From Malacoraja senta (Eukaryota), in assembly GCA_038087875.1 (NCBI GenBank), contig JAXLNO010000245.1:1-64000 (forward strand): a stretch of 64,000 nt of DNA, read 5' to 3'. Shown here piece after piece: positions 38,126 through 50,563 of this stretch (its first letter is position 1; every line of letters begins with the position of its first letter). The position numbers and the translations under genes were made by a program. The notes under the pieces are model-generated. The model searched no databases. It saw nothing but the letters and a program-made list of their open reading frames with translations, and was not told the DNA's origin.

Positions 38126-39349
38126 AAGTCTAATGGAAGTCAATCCAATTTCTTAATTGTTGAGAAGGGGGTCCCGCAAGGTTCGTCCTTGGGACCACTC
38201 CTTTTCTCTATTTTCATAAACGACCTCCCCAATATATGTTCTGACTGTCAAATACAACTATATGCCGATGATGCGGTGCTATATACATCTAGTACTAACA
38301 AGTCTGAAATTGAAAGAACCCTTCAATCAGATCTTATTTCCGTTCAGAAATGGCTATTATTTAACAAATTAATTTTAAATAAAAATAAATCATGCAGTAT
38401 GTTATTTGGTACCAGACAAGGCCTTGGTAATTCTGTATATCTGACTATATCATTTAATGAAGGATCACCATTAGAACAAGTATTGAACTTCAAATATCTT
38501 GGTGTTTGGCTTGACCCAACGCTTTCATTTACGCAGCATAGTGAGACGATTACTAAAAAACTTAGCTGTAATCTAGCTATTCTTTACCGCCATATACATT
38601 GTTTCACCTTTCAGATGAGAAAAAGAATTGTCTCTCAACTACTACTACCAACACTGGATTATGCCGATATTGTCTATCAGAATACATTTGATATACATCT
38701 TCAACCCCTTAATGTAGTTTATAATAGTCTTTGCAGATTTATTTTAAGGTGTCCATATACAACTCACCACTGTTCTATGTACGAAACTTTAAACTGGTTA
38801 TCCCCCCACGCTCGAAGATGCTACCACTGGTTCCAGTTCATCTTTAAATGCATCCATCTTAATTACCCTTCTTATTTAAAACAAGACCTATTACCATACA
38901 CACCCTCATATTCACTAAGACATATTCAACAACCCTTCTTTTTCATTCCAAGAATGAACAAAGAAATTGGGAGACGTGCATTTAAATATAAAGCTCCTTC
39001 TGACTGGAACACTCCGCCTAGTACCATAAGAACTATTAGTTCATTTCGTCTATTTAAAAATACACTTTTACCATTTCTCATAAAACCATGTACCTGTTTC
39101 TAGTATTAGAGTATTGCATAGCGACTAACATTATACTGTTGTTATTATTGGATTTAAGTTAATTAACAATTGTTATAAACTATAACAAGTGGGGATGGAG
39201 GGGTTTTGGGTTTGGTGTGTGGGTAGGTGGGTCGATGAGAGCCTTTATGTATGTTATGTCTTGTGCTGTATGTTCTATGTTGGACCCCCTCGAAAACGAG
39301 ATGACTGTCCATCTCAAGGGGTTATCCATAAATAAACTTGTTGTTGTTG
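38126..39349 (+). mobile_element. Young 5'-truncated L2/CR1-group LINE inserted in a CR1, TSD aacatgg
   Basis: Open RT frame GVPQGSSLGPLLFSIFINDL..YADD..FKYLGVWLD to a stop at 39103, and a (TTG)n tail. TSD at 38119-38125 and 39350-39356. Absent at the matching sites in A (~5610) and B (~17215). Confidence 0.9.
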
Positions 39350-40970
39350 AACATGGGGAGGATCTACACAGTGAAGGGTAGGGCTCCAGGTACAATTGTA
39401 GAGCAGAGGGATCTTGGAGTGCAGGTGCACAGCTCCTTGAAGGTGGATCCACAGTTGCTGTAGATCGGATGGTCAAAAAGACTTTTGGCACATTGGCCTT
39501 TACCTGGCAGTGAATTGAGTGTAGAGGTTGGTAGGTCATCTTGCAGTTGTATCAGACCTTAGTGAGGCCACATTTGGAGTATTGTGTTCAGTTCTGGGTA
39601 CTGTGTTATTAGAAAGATGTTGCCAAACTAGAACCTTTACAGAGACATTTTACAACGATGCAGCAACCAGGGTCAGGCCTATGGGGAGTGGTTGAGTGGG
39701 CAGGGAACCTATTCCTTGAAGCACAGAAGGAAGAAGGGTGATCTTATAGTGTATAAGATCATGAGAGGGATATATTAGGTAGAAGCACAGATTCTCTTGC
39801 CCTGAATAGAAGAATCAAGGTGCAGAGGACATAGATTTAAGGTGAAGGGGAAAATATTTAATAGGACACTGAGGGATACCTTTTTCACACAAATGGTGGT
39901 GGATGTATGGAACAAGATGCCAGAGGAGGTAGTTGAGGCAGGGACTTACCTACCATTTATGACACAGTTTGATAGGTATGTGAATAGGATAGGTTTGAAG
40001 GGATATGGACCAAATGCAGGCAGGTGGGACTAGAGTGGATGGGGCATGTTGTCCGGCGTGGGCAAGTTGGGCCGAAGGGCCTGTTTCCACACCGTATGAT
40101 GATATGGGTACTGGGTTGAACCATCTCCTCTTGCAGCTGGTTCCACCCACCCACCACCCTTTGTGTGAAAATGACCCCTCTGGTTCCTATTCAATCTTCC
40201 CCCCCCATCTTAAAGTGGTCCTCAGGATCTTGATTCCACTAATCTGTGCGTCGACCCTATCTATATCTCTCAATATTTTAGTCACCTTGACAATATCATC
40301 CCTCATCCTCCTGTGCACCAACAAATAAAACACTAGCCTGCTGAATCTGTTCTAGATCAGGCCCTCAAATCTTGGCAACATCCTCGTGAATCTTCTCTAT
40401 GGCATTTCCACCTTGACACCATTTTACCGATACTAATGTGTCCAAAACTGAACACAACACTGTAAATGTGGTCTCACCAACGTCTTGTACATGTGCAACA
40501 TGACCACGACATCTCTAGACTCAATGTTCTGACTGATGAAGGCCAATGTGACAAAAGCCTTTTTTTTTTTTCTTTTTTTTTAAATAATTTTTTTAATAGT
40601 ACGGTAGATTACAGTAATGTACAACACGTATATATTAATACATTTTTTGTACCGCTTCACTTTTTTAAACTTTAAGAAAGAAAAAGAAAGAAGTAAGAAA
40701 AGTGAAGAAAGTGCGCAAAGGTTGTGAAGTGCAAAAGAGTGTTGGGAAAAGAAAGCCCCTTAGAAAAGAAGTTAGAGAAGGAAGTAAAGTTAGAAAATAG
40801 ACCCTAGAAAAGAAAGAGAAAGAAAGAAGGAACAATCGCTCTATTATAACTCTTATAACATACTTCATAGAGAAGGAACTACCAACCAAGTCTGTTTTTG
40901 TTTTACCTCCCATTACCAGGTCCAGATACCTTTTATTTATTTATTTGTTTTTCTAAATTACTATTGCACC

Positions 40971-43900
40971 TCATGCTTGTAATAGGTCCAAAAACGTAGA
41001 CCACGTCTTTTGAAATTGGTCTACTTTGCCTACTAGGAGGAATCTCATCTCTTCCAGATGTAATGTTTCCAACATATTTGATGTCCACATTTTTATTGTT
41101 GGTGTGGGCGCATTTTTCCAGAATTTAAATATAAGCTTTTTTCCCATTATTAGCCCATAATTGAGTAAATTCTTCTGATACACGTTTAATTCAGGAATAC
41201 CTTCCGATATTCCAAAAATAATCCATTCTGGTTTTGGTACCAGTTTTATTTTGATTAATTTTGAAAAAATATCAAATATTTCAGACCAGAATTTTTGGAT
41301 TTTTGTACAAAAAACAAAAGAATGTGCTATGGTAGCTTCTTGACATATACATTTATCACAGATTGGTGAGACGTTAGGAAAGATTTTATTTAGTTTGGTT
41401 TTTGAATAATATAATCTATGTAATGTTTTAAATTGGATAAGCGTATGTCGTACGTTGATCGAGCATTTATGCACCTGTAATAAATGATTATCCCAACTCT
41501 CTTTTGAAATTTTTATACCTAGATCTTGTTCCCAATCTCTTCTAATTCCATCTGTTGTGGGTATTTCTATGTTTAAGATGATATTATATAAGTATGATAT
41601 TAAATTAATTGATTCCGCCTTTGTCTTCATTGCTTCATCTAGTAAGTCGGAAGGCATATTATAATAATCTTTTGTGTGTGTTTTCAAATAGTCACGGATT
41701 TGTAGATATTTAAAATATTGATTATTTTTCAAATTATATTTCAGTTGTAGTTGTTGAAATGATAGTAATTTTTCTAATTCATACAGATCTTCGAGCGTTT
41801 TGATTCCCATTCTTTCCCATTGTATAAATGATTTATCTATGATTGAAGGTTTAAACGATGGGTTATTGACTATTGGTATTAAGAGAGATAGGTTTCTTAA
41901 TTTTAGATTCTGTTTTATTTGCTTCCATGTTCTAATAGTGCTATATATAATTGGATTTTTATTATAATTTTTATTATTCAAATTTATTGGAGAGAGAATA
42001 ATCGCTCCTATATTATTCGGGGAGCAATCCCCTTTTTCCATTATAATCCAGTCCACCTGCTGGGCAGAATTGTCCAGCAGGTGAATCATATTTTTAATAT
42101 TTACTGCCCAGTTATAATACATAAAGTTAGGGAGCGCTAGACCCCCCAACTCTTTTCGTTTGTTAAGGTGTGTTCTTTGTATTCTGTGGGATTTGTAATC
42201 CCATATAAAATTTGTAATGTCTGAGTCCAGTTTTTTGAAAAACTTTTTTGGGAGATATATAGGTATTGATTGAAATAGGTAAAGGATTTGTGGTAAGAAA
42301 ATCATTTTTATAGCATTTATCCTACCTATTAAGGACATCGGAAGTGTTTTCCAAAATTTAATCAAATTATTTAATTTCTTAAGTAGGGGATTATAATTAG
42401 CTTTAAACATATCATGGTAATTTCTAGTAATCTCAATTCCTAAATATTTGAATTTTTCCGTAGCTATTTTAAAAGGGAATTTCCTGAGATGTGTTGAGTC
42501 TTTTGGTTTAATCGACATAATTTCACTTTTGTTCCAATTTATTCTATATCCTGAAAAGGATCCAAAGTCCTCAATTAAGTTTAATATATTTGGTATACTA
42601 ATTTGTGGTTTTGTGATGTACAGTAGTACATCATCAGCATATAGGGATAGTTTGTTGTTTGAATATTTTGTGTTATAACCGTGAATATTCGAGTGTGTTC
42701 TTATTTTTTCAGCAAGGGGTTCAATTACCAAAGCAAATAACAGCGGTGATAGTGAACATCCTTGTCTGTTGCCCCTAGATAATTCGAATTTTGAAGATAA
42801 TATATTATTAGTTAGTATTCTAGCCGTAGGTTTGTTATATAGTAGTTTTATCCATGCAATAAAGTTTTCTCCCAATTGGAATTTTTGCAATACTTTGATC
42901 ATATAGTCCCATTCTACTTGATCAAACGCTTTTTCTGCGTCCAGTGAGATGATAGCTAACTCTTGGTCATAAGATTTATGTGAATGCATTATGTTAAGCA
43001 AACGTCTCAAATTATTAAATGAGTGTCTCTTAGGTATAAATCCTGTTTGATCCTCATGTATTAGTCTACTAACATACTTGCTTAATCTATTGGCTAATGT
43101 TTTTGCTATTATTTTCTGATCCGTATTTAACAAAGCAATAGCTCTATATGATCCTGGTTCTTCTATATTTTTATCTTTTTTAAGTATTAATATGATCGTT
43201 GATTCCGCTAGTGTTTCAGGTAGGTTTTGCTCTTTATAAGCATATGTATACATTTTTTGTAATCGTGGAGTAACTATATCATAAAAAGATTTATAAAATT
43301 CATTACTGAATCCGTCTGGTCCTGGTGTTTTTCCATTTTTTAGTGTTTTTATTGTGTCTTCTATCTCCTTAGAAGTAATTTGTGCTCCCAGTTCCTCTTG
43401 TTCCCTGCGTTCTAATTGTGGTAGATTACAATTATCTAAAAATTCTGAGATTTTATTATTGTCTATTGACGTTTTAGATGTGTATAGATTCTGGTAAAAT
43501 TGAGCAAATCTTTTATTAATATCCTTGGGTAGTGTTAATACTTCCCCTCTATCTGATTTAATCTTTAATATTGCATTCTCTTTTTCCCGTTTTTTAAGTT
43601 GTCGTGCTAGAAGTTTGTGGGGTTTGTCCCCGAATTCGAAGTGTTCTTGTTTTGTGATTTGAAATAATGTTATAACTTTCTCTGACAGTAATTTATTTAA
43701 CTGAAATTTCAGTAGTAGTATTTTATTATGTTTATCCATAGTTGGGTCTTTAGCATTATCTATATCTAACTGTTTTATTTGATCTTCTAAGTGTCTTTCT
43801 TCATTCTTATTCTTTTTATTTTGATAAGCTTGAAATGAAATAATGACTCCTCTTATAAATGCTTTGAAGGATTCCCATAATAACGTGGGGGATATCTCTG

Positions 43901-44762
43901 GTGTATCATTTAACTCAAAAAATAGATCCATCTGTTTTTTTAGATAGATACTCCCTTGAGGGTCTTTTAAAATTTGTGAGTTAAACCTCCAGAACGGTTT
44001 ATTCATAGACATTCCTTCTAGTTTTAGAACAAAAGTTAACGGAGAATGATCTGAGATCGCATTAATATGATATTTAGGATTCAGAGATTGCGGAATTAAT
44101 TTTGTATCCACAAGAAAATAGTCTATCCGTGAATATGTTTTATGCACCATTGAATAAAACGAGTAATCCCTTCCCGTCGGGTTTGCAATCCTCCATACAT
44201 CTGTTATATTTGTGTTTTCCATATATGTGTGTAAGAGTTCACTGGTTTTAGATTTCGTCTGACCTTTTTGTTTTTGCATCGATTTATCTAAATAAGGATC
44301 TAAAACACAATTAAAATCTCCTCCGATTATAACATTTTGATAATTAGATTCTGCAATTATATTCAGAATTTTATTAAAAAATTGAGGGTTATCAAAGTTG
44401 GGCGCATATATGTTTACCAGCGTAATTGGCATATTATTGATCTCCCCTGCTACTATAAGATATCTCCCTTCCTTATCTAAAATAGTGTTCTTTGATTTAA
44501 ATGGAATTCCTTTACGAATAATAATTGCAGTACCTCTAGATTTGGAGGTAAATGAAGAGTGAAATGTTTGGCCTATCCAGTTCTCCCTCAGTCTTGTCTG
44601 ATCTTGCTGTTTAAGATGTGTTTCCTGTAGAAACGCAATGTCCGTGTTGTATGATTTCAACTGAGCTAGTATCTTGCCCCTTTTAATAGGTTCATTAATC
44701 CCCCTTATATTCCAACTACATAATGTGATTCCTCCTATTTTCTTTTGATTGTCGTCATGCAT
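40971..44762 (-). CDS. L1 ORF2p (APE endonuclease, RT, CCHC), 1263 aa, intact
   Basis: SWNIRG, FLQETH, GGDFN, SRIDYF, SDHSP; LDAEKAFD, RQGCSLSP, YADD; CDKC..H..C. Confidence 0.96.
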   Translation of the reverse strand: MHDDNQKKIGGITLCSWNIRGINEPIKRGKILAQLKSYNTDIAFLQETHLKQQDQTRLRENWIGQTFHSSFTSKSRGTAIIIRKGIPFKSKNTILDKEGRYLIVAGEINNMPITLVNIYAPNFDNPQFFNKILNIIAESNYQNVIIGGDFNCVLDPYLDKSMQKQKGQTKSKTSELLHTYMENTNITDVWRIANPTGRDYSFYSMVHKTYSRIDYFLVDTKLIPQSLNPKYHINAISDHSPLTFVLKLEGMSMNKPFWRFNSQILKDPQGSIYLKKQMDLFFELNDTPEISPTLLWESFKAFIRGVIISFQAYQNKKNKNEERHLEDQIKQLDIDNAKDPTMDKHNKILLLKFQLNKLLSEKVITLFQITKQEHFEFGDKPHKLLARQLKKREKENAILKIKSDRGEVLTLPKDINKRFAQFYQNLYTSKTSIDNNKISEFLDNCNLPQLERREQEELGAQITSKEIEDTIKTLKNGKTPGPDGFSNEFYKSFYDIVTPRLQKMYTYAYKEQNLPETLAESTIILILKKDKNIEEPGSYRAIALLNTDQKIIAKTLANRLSKYVSRLIHEDQTGFIPKRHSFNNLRRLLNIMHSHKSYDQELAIISLDAEKAFDQVEWDYMIKVLQKFQLGENFIAWIKLLYNKPTARILTNNILSSKFELSRGNRQGCSLSPLLFALVIEPLAEKIRTHSNIHGYNTKYSNNKLSLYADDVLLYITKPQISIPNILNLIEDFGSFSGYRINWNKSEIMSIKPKDSTHLRKFPFKIATEKFKYLGIEITRNYHDMFKANYNPLLKKLNNLIKFWKTLPMSLIGRINAIKMIFLPQILYLFQSIPIYLPKKFFKKLDSDITNFIWDYKSHRIQRTHLNKRKELGGLALPNFMYYNWAVNIKNMIHLLDNSAQQVDWIIMEKGDCSPNNIGAIILSPINLNNKNYNKNPIIYSTIRTWKQIKQNLKLRNLSLLIPIVNNPSFKPSIIDKSFIQWERMGIKTLEDLYELEKLLSFQQLQLKYNLKNNQYFKYLQIRDYLKTHTKDYYNMPSDLLDEAMKTKAESINLISYLYNIILNIEIPTTDGIRRDWEQDLGIKISKESWDNHLLQVHKCSINVRHTLIQFKTLHRLYYSKTKLNKIFPNVSPICDKCICQEATIAHSFVFCTKIQKFWSEIFDIFSKLIKIKLVPKPEWIIFGISEGIPELNVYQKNLLNYGLIMGKKLIFKFWKNAPTPTIKMWTSNMLETLHLEEMRFLLVGKVDQFQKTWSTFLDLLQA

Positions 44763-45980
44763 TTTTACCAGTTTTAATGACCTTAATTATTATGGTGCGT
44801 TCATACCTCCGGACTCTGGTTATTTTGGGAGTATTTCTATTATAGACTTCCTTGGTAGTTCTCCTGCGCGATTGTCCTTGAAGAAAAAACACACAGATGT
44901 GACATATTGTGATTAAAAAAAATATATATAAATCAAATAAATTTACGGTGTCTAAAATTTCAACACCGTAGTGAGTGGCCCACTCGTCTGTGGGGTACGA
45001 CATCCATAACGCTTCCGGCGTAGTTGGTATAAAGTTAGCCCCGCTGTATTTATTACCCAAAATCTATGGGGTCATTACCGTTTCCAATTCAGTTCTATTT
45101 CACCCAGTTACAATTTATATATATGTCAAATGTATTCGATTCCATATCCTACTCACTCTTTATCTCTTAACTATTTTAAAATGTATTTAGTATTGTTAAA
45201 GTGAGCGGTTTACTGAGTGGATTAACCGGAGTCAGGTTCCTGGAATTGTGCCAGGTGCCTGATCTCCTCTCCTCTCCACGAGCTGCGAACATATGTGATA
45301 ACTGCTGTCTGCGTTATGACGCAGGCACCACAGTTTTATCAGTTTCAAATATTATTTCTATATTAGTATTGTTAATTATTAATTATGATTAATTCTCAGC
45401 ATTTTGTAAAACTATATAAGCCGTATATATTTTTCATACCAACCTCGAGTGTATATTATCTCTTAACTATTTTAAATTGGTTTTAATATTGTTAAAAATG
45501 AGCTGTTCGCTGGAAGGGTTAACGGGAGTCTGGCTCCTGGAGTTATGCCAGGTACCCGGTCTCCCCCTCCCTCCACTCTCGAGCTGCATAGCACTTGCTG
45601 TTATCTGCTAAACAGAGCAGGCTGCACATTTTTTATCTATTTCAATTGCTATTTCTATATTAGTATTGTTAATTATTAATTATTATTAGTTCTCAGTTTT
45701 TTCAGTTTTTTATAAACAATATAAGCCATGTGATGTTTTTCACTCTCAGCCCAGCAGTTCGTCCCGTGTTATCAGGTTTTCCTCGTTTGAGCACGTAGTG
45801 TCCTTGAATTACATAGCACAATGTTCCAGCGAAGATAATAATGTCTAGCCACGTCTCACTAAGAATCTGTTGCTTGAAGTCAAATAAAAAATAAAAAATC
45901 AGTGTTCAGTTAATTCACTTTCCTTGTGATACTCTTGTTGGGAGAATAAGCAAGTTCGTTTGTTCATGTCGTCTTGGTTT

Positions 45981-46976
45981 TCAATCTCCAGTTGATGCAG
46001 CCTTAGTCGCGATTTCTTGAGCGTATTTGAGAGATTCATCCGAATTAGTGAATGTTTTTGACACTCCCTCAAAGGTAATACGCATTCTAGCCGGATAGAA
46101 CACTCCACACAAAACTCCCTTAACACCATAAAGAACTTCTCTGGTCTGTGAGAACTTTCTTCTCTTTTGCTCAATCTCATAAGGGTAGTCCCGTAGGAGT
46201 TTAATAGTATCACCTCTGTACATCATCTTCTCTCCGTGGTTGATTTTTTTCATCAGCGCTTCCATTGTTGAGATATCCCGAAGTTTAATTATGATCTGTC
46301 GTGGGTAGGCATGTTCTCCTTGAGATCTTGATTTAAATCTGGGGAGTCGATGTGCTACTTCAATTACAGGTACTTCTGGTAGCTTCAGTACGTGTTTAAT
46401 TAGGTTGGCAGCGAACTCACAAACATTGTCCCCCTCAGCTCCCTCTTTTACACCACGTATTCTTATATTTTGACGTCTTGAGCGAGCTTCTAGGTCAACA
46501 CATTTATTCGAAACCTTTGTGACTTGGTTCTTGAGACTATCTATTTCTGACTTCATAGTCTGCATCTCTCCAGCCATCACTTCCACAGCAGCTTCCAAAT
46601 CTTTCACTGCAGATGCATTTGCAGCCACAGTTTCGTGCACAGCCTCAAACATCTTTGTGGTCTCTTCTGCCAGCTTTTCAATTTTTATCGATAATCCTTT
46701 TTCCACACCTTCAATTCTTTTTTGGAGAGCCTCAATACCCTCAAATATTTTATCATTACCGGCCATCAATTTACTGTTCCCAGCTTCCATATCATTTTTG
46801 ATATCTCTTACCGAGTTTCTTAAGTCCTCCATTTCGGCTTTCTCTTTTGCAGATCGAGTAGCCATTCCAGAGACCTCTCCAGAGGTCAGTTCTGAAGTTT
46901 CTTGCTGTTCCAGAGTCTTCAGCAGATGTTTTGAGATTTTCCTCTGTGGGCTCTGACCTGGAGATGTACTTTTCAT
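45981..46976 (-). CDS. L1 ORF1p (coiled coil + RRM/CTD), 331 aa, intact
   Basis: Heptad-rich N-terminal half, DLEARSRRQNIRIRGVKEG, AHR, PRQIII, YPARMRI. Confidence 0.93.
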   Translation of the reverse strand: MKSTSPGQSPQRKISKHLLKTLEQQETSELTSGEVSGMATRSAKEKAEMEDLRNSVRDIKNDMEAGNSKLMAGNDKIFEGIEALQKRIEGVEKGLSIKIEKLAEETTKMFEAVHETVAANASAVKDLEAAVEVMAGEMQTMKSEIDSLKNQVTKVSNKCVDLEARSRRQNIRIRGVKEGAEGDNVCEFAANLIKHVLKLPEVPVIEVAHRLPRFKSRSQGEHAYPRQIIIKLRDISTMEALMKKINHGEKMMYRGDTIKLLRDYPYEIEQKRRKFSQTREVLYGVKGVLCGVFYPARMRITFEGVSKTFTNSDESLKYAQEIATKAASTGD

Positions 46977-48120
46977 TTAAAATGACTTTCCCTCCGTTAA
47001 AATCGCGGCGCTTACTGATGACGTAATCAGCACCGCGACATGAAGCTCCGGTAAGTTTTTAAAAACGGTCCCGACCTCCAGACCCGATTTTAACGCGAAA
47101 AAACGCGTTTTTTTCAGCGGAGCTAAAAAGTTTGCGACTGCTAACAGAGCATGACGCAACCGGAACACAAAAGCCTTTTTGACCACCCTATCTCCGTGTG
47201 ATGCTACACTCAACGTACTGTGTACCTGTCGTCTGAGATCCTTCTGCTCTTTAGTTAATTCACCTTTTTACCTTGGTTCCAGCTCATTGGTTCTGACACC
47301 TTATTACAGATGAGATTCATTATGGATACTGAACCTGCGTTAAAGTCCAACATTTGAAATAAAAATAACAACGTTTTTACCTCTCCCTCTAGATCAGGCC
47401 CTCGTGTCCTGGCAACATCCTTGTAAATCTTCTCTACGCCCTCAGACACAAAATGCTGGAGTAACTCAGCGGGTGGGTCAGGCAGCATCTCCGGTGAGAA
47501 GGAATGGTTGACGTTTCGGGTCAAGACCCTTCTTCATACTGACCCGCTGAGTTACTCCAGCATTTTGTGTCTACCTTCGGTTTAAACCAGCATCTGCAGT
47601 TCCTTCTTACACAGAGTGAGATTATAAGACTGGGTTTACTTTTTAACCACCTGTCTCACTCCCTGCCTCATCTCCCTCCCTACCTGTGTCATTGCTAGCA
47701 ATATGGACTATGAGCTCTGGCTGCTCACCTCCCCCTTTCAGAATAGAAACATAGAAACATAGAACATATGCGCAGGACAAGGCCATTCGGGCCATGAGCC
47801 AGCACCGCCATTCAATATGATCATGGCTGATCATCCAAAATATGTACCCCGTTCTTGCTTTCTCCCCATATCCCTTGATTCCATTAGTCCTAAGAGCTAT
47901 GACTAACACTCTCTTGAATACATCTGGTGAATTGGCCTCCCCAGCCTTCTGTGGGAGAGAATTCCACAGATTCACAACTCTTTGGGTGTAAAAGGTTTTC
48001 CTCATCTCAGTCCTAAATGGCCTACCCCTTATTCTTAAACTGTGACATCTGGGTCTGGACTCCTCCAACATCGGGAACATTTTTCCTGCATCTAGACTGT
48101 CCAATCCCTTAAGAATTTTT

Positions 48121-49452
48121 TATGAAGAATACAATATATAGTAAAAATCCAATTATTCATAGTACAATTAGAATTTGGAAACAAATAAAATTAACGTTAA
48201 AATTAAGAAGTCTATCACTTCTTTCACCTATAATGAATAACCCTGTGTTTAAACCTTCTATGATAGATAGAGCTGTTATAAATTGGGAAATAGTAGGAAT
48301 TAAAACGTTTGGAGATATGTATGATAATGGAAGTTTTTTTACATTTCATCAATTACAACTTAAATACAACTTGACTAGTAATCAATATTTCAAATATTTT
48401 CAACTACGTGACTATGTGAAAAAGTATATACGAGAATATCAAAACATGTCTCCTGACCTATTAGATGGGATAATGAATATAAAAGCAGAATCAGCTAATT
48501 TAATATCATATCTATATAATTCCATTTTAAATATAGAAATTCCATCATCAGACGGGATTAGAAGAAAATGGGAACAGGAACTAGCTATAAAAATCTCGAA
48601 AGAGAGTTGGGATAAACATCTATTATATGTGCATAAATGTTCGATTAACGTAAGACATACTCTGATTCAATTTAAAATTTTACATAGATTATATTATTCA
48701 AAAGCTAAATTAAGTAAATTTTACCCAAATACCTCTGCTAACTGTGATAAATGCCTAGTCCAAGAATCAACGATAGCACATTCTTTTGTTTTTTGTATAA
48801 ACGTTCAAAAAATTTGGAATGACATTTTTGAAATTTTCACTAAATTATTTAAAATAAAACTGAAACCGAATGCAGAACTGATTATTTTTTGAACAACAGA
48901 AGCAAGTTTGGAGCTGACTGCGTTTCAAAGGAGTTTTCTTAGTTATGGTTTAATAACGGCAAAAAAAATGATATTGAAATTTTGGAAAAATGCTCCTACG
49001 CCAACAATAAAAATGTGGACTTCTAATATGTCGGAATTGTTACATTTAGAAGATATGAGATTCCTCCTAGCAGGTAAACAAGACCAATTCGAAAATATTT
49101 GGTCTCTATATATCGACTTATTACAAACATAGGGTGCAACAAAATGTTGATAATAAATGGTTTTAGGACCTGGCGAGGGGTGAGTAAAGATAAGAAGTAG
49201 GTGCATCCCTTTCATATTGTCCTATCTTATTTTCTTTTTTCTCTTTTTTTCTTTTCTTCCTTAACTACTTCTTGTGGTTTAGGTTCACAAGAGTGTTCCC
49301 GGACCACTTTCATCCACTCACTGACTATCTTTGCTAGCTCTTTCTATCCTTTTTTTCTATTAAAGTTGAAAAACAGAAGTGGTACAAGAACTGTATAAAT
49401 TGATGTTATTGCAGATTACTGTAATGTAAAATACTTCTAATAACATTTTTTA
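48121..49452 (+). mobile_element. 5'-truncated L1 (ORF2 C-terminus + 3'UTR)
   Basis: KNPIIHSTIRIWKQIK..CSINVRHTLIQFK..CDKC..H..C, homologous to the intact ORF2. One premature stop at ~48890. Confidence 0.92.
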
Positions 49453-50563
49453 AATATGTATCTATAAGATCCCCTCTAATCCTTCTAAATGCCAGTGGAT
49501 ATAAGCCCAGTCGATCAATTCTTTCATCATATGTCAGTTGCGCCATCCCGGGAATTAAGCTGGTGAATCTACGCTGCATTCCCTCTATAGCAATAATGTC
49601 CTTACTCAAATTAGGGAGACCAATACTGTACACAATACTCCAGGTGTGGTCTCACCAGTGCCCTGTACAACTGCAGTTGGACCTCCTTGCTCCTATACTG
49701 AAATCCTCTTGTTATGAAGGCCAACATGCCATTAGCTTTCTTCACTACCTGCTGTATCTGCCTTCTTGTTCTTACCACCAAAGTGGATAACCTCACATTT
49801 ATCCACATTATACTGAATCTTCCAAGCATCTGCCCACTCACCCAACCTGTCCTGGCAACATCCTCGTAAATCTTCTCTACGCCCTCAGACACAAAATGCT
49901 GGAGTAACTCAGCGGGTGGGTCAGGCAGCATCTCTGGTGACAAGGAATGGGTGACGTTTCGGGTCGAGACCCTTCTTCATACTGACCCGCTGAGTTACTC
50001 CAGCATTTTGTATCTACCTTCGGTTTAAACCAGCATCTGCAGTTCCTTCTTACACAGAGTGAGATTATAAGACTGGGTTTACTTTTTAACCACCTGTCTC
50101 ACTTCCTGCCTCATCTCCCTCCCTACCTGTGTCATTGCTAGCAATATGGACTATGAACTCTGGTTGCTCACCTCCCCCTTTCAGAATAGAAACATAGAAA
50201 CATAGAACATATGCGCAGGACAAGGCCATTCGGGCCATGAGCCAGCACCGCCATTCAATATGATCATGGCTGATCATCCAAAATCTGTACCCCGTTCTTG
50301 CTTTCTCCCCATCTCCCTTGATTCCGTTAGTCCTAAGAGCTATGACTAACACTCTCTTGAATACATCTGGTGAATTGGCCTCCCCAGCCTTCTGTGGGAG
50401 AGAATTCCACAGATTCACAACTCTTTGGGTGGAAAAGGTTTTCCTCATCTCAGTCCTAAATGGCCTACCCCTTATTCTTAAACTGTGACATCTGGGTCTG
50501 GACTCCTCCAACATCGGGAACATTTTTCCTGCATCTAGACTGTCCAATCCCTTAAGAATTTTA

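Larger units (their letters stand above)
40559..47166 (-). mobile_element. Full-length L1 retrotransposon (~6.6 kb)
   Basis: CpG-rich 5'UTR, ORF1, 1.2-kb spacer, ORF2, 3'UTR and poly(A) (T-run 40559-40581). TSD acaaaagccttttt at 40551 and 47167. Empty sites at ~6802 and ~18434. Confidence 0.97.

Noticed and set aside
37874..39103. 409-aa ORF as a single gene
   Set aside because: Chimeric: about 84 residues of out-of-frame CR1 fused by chance to the inserted LINE RT.
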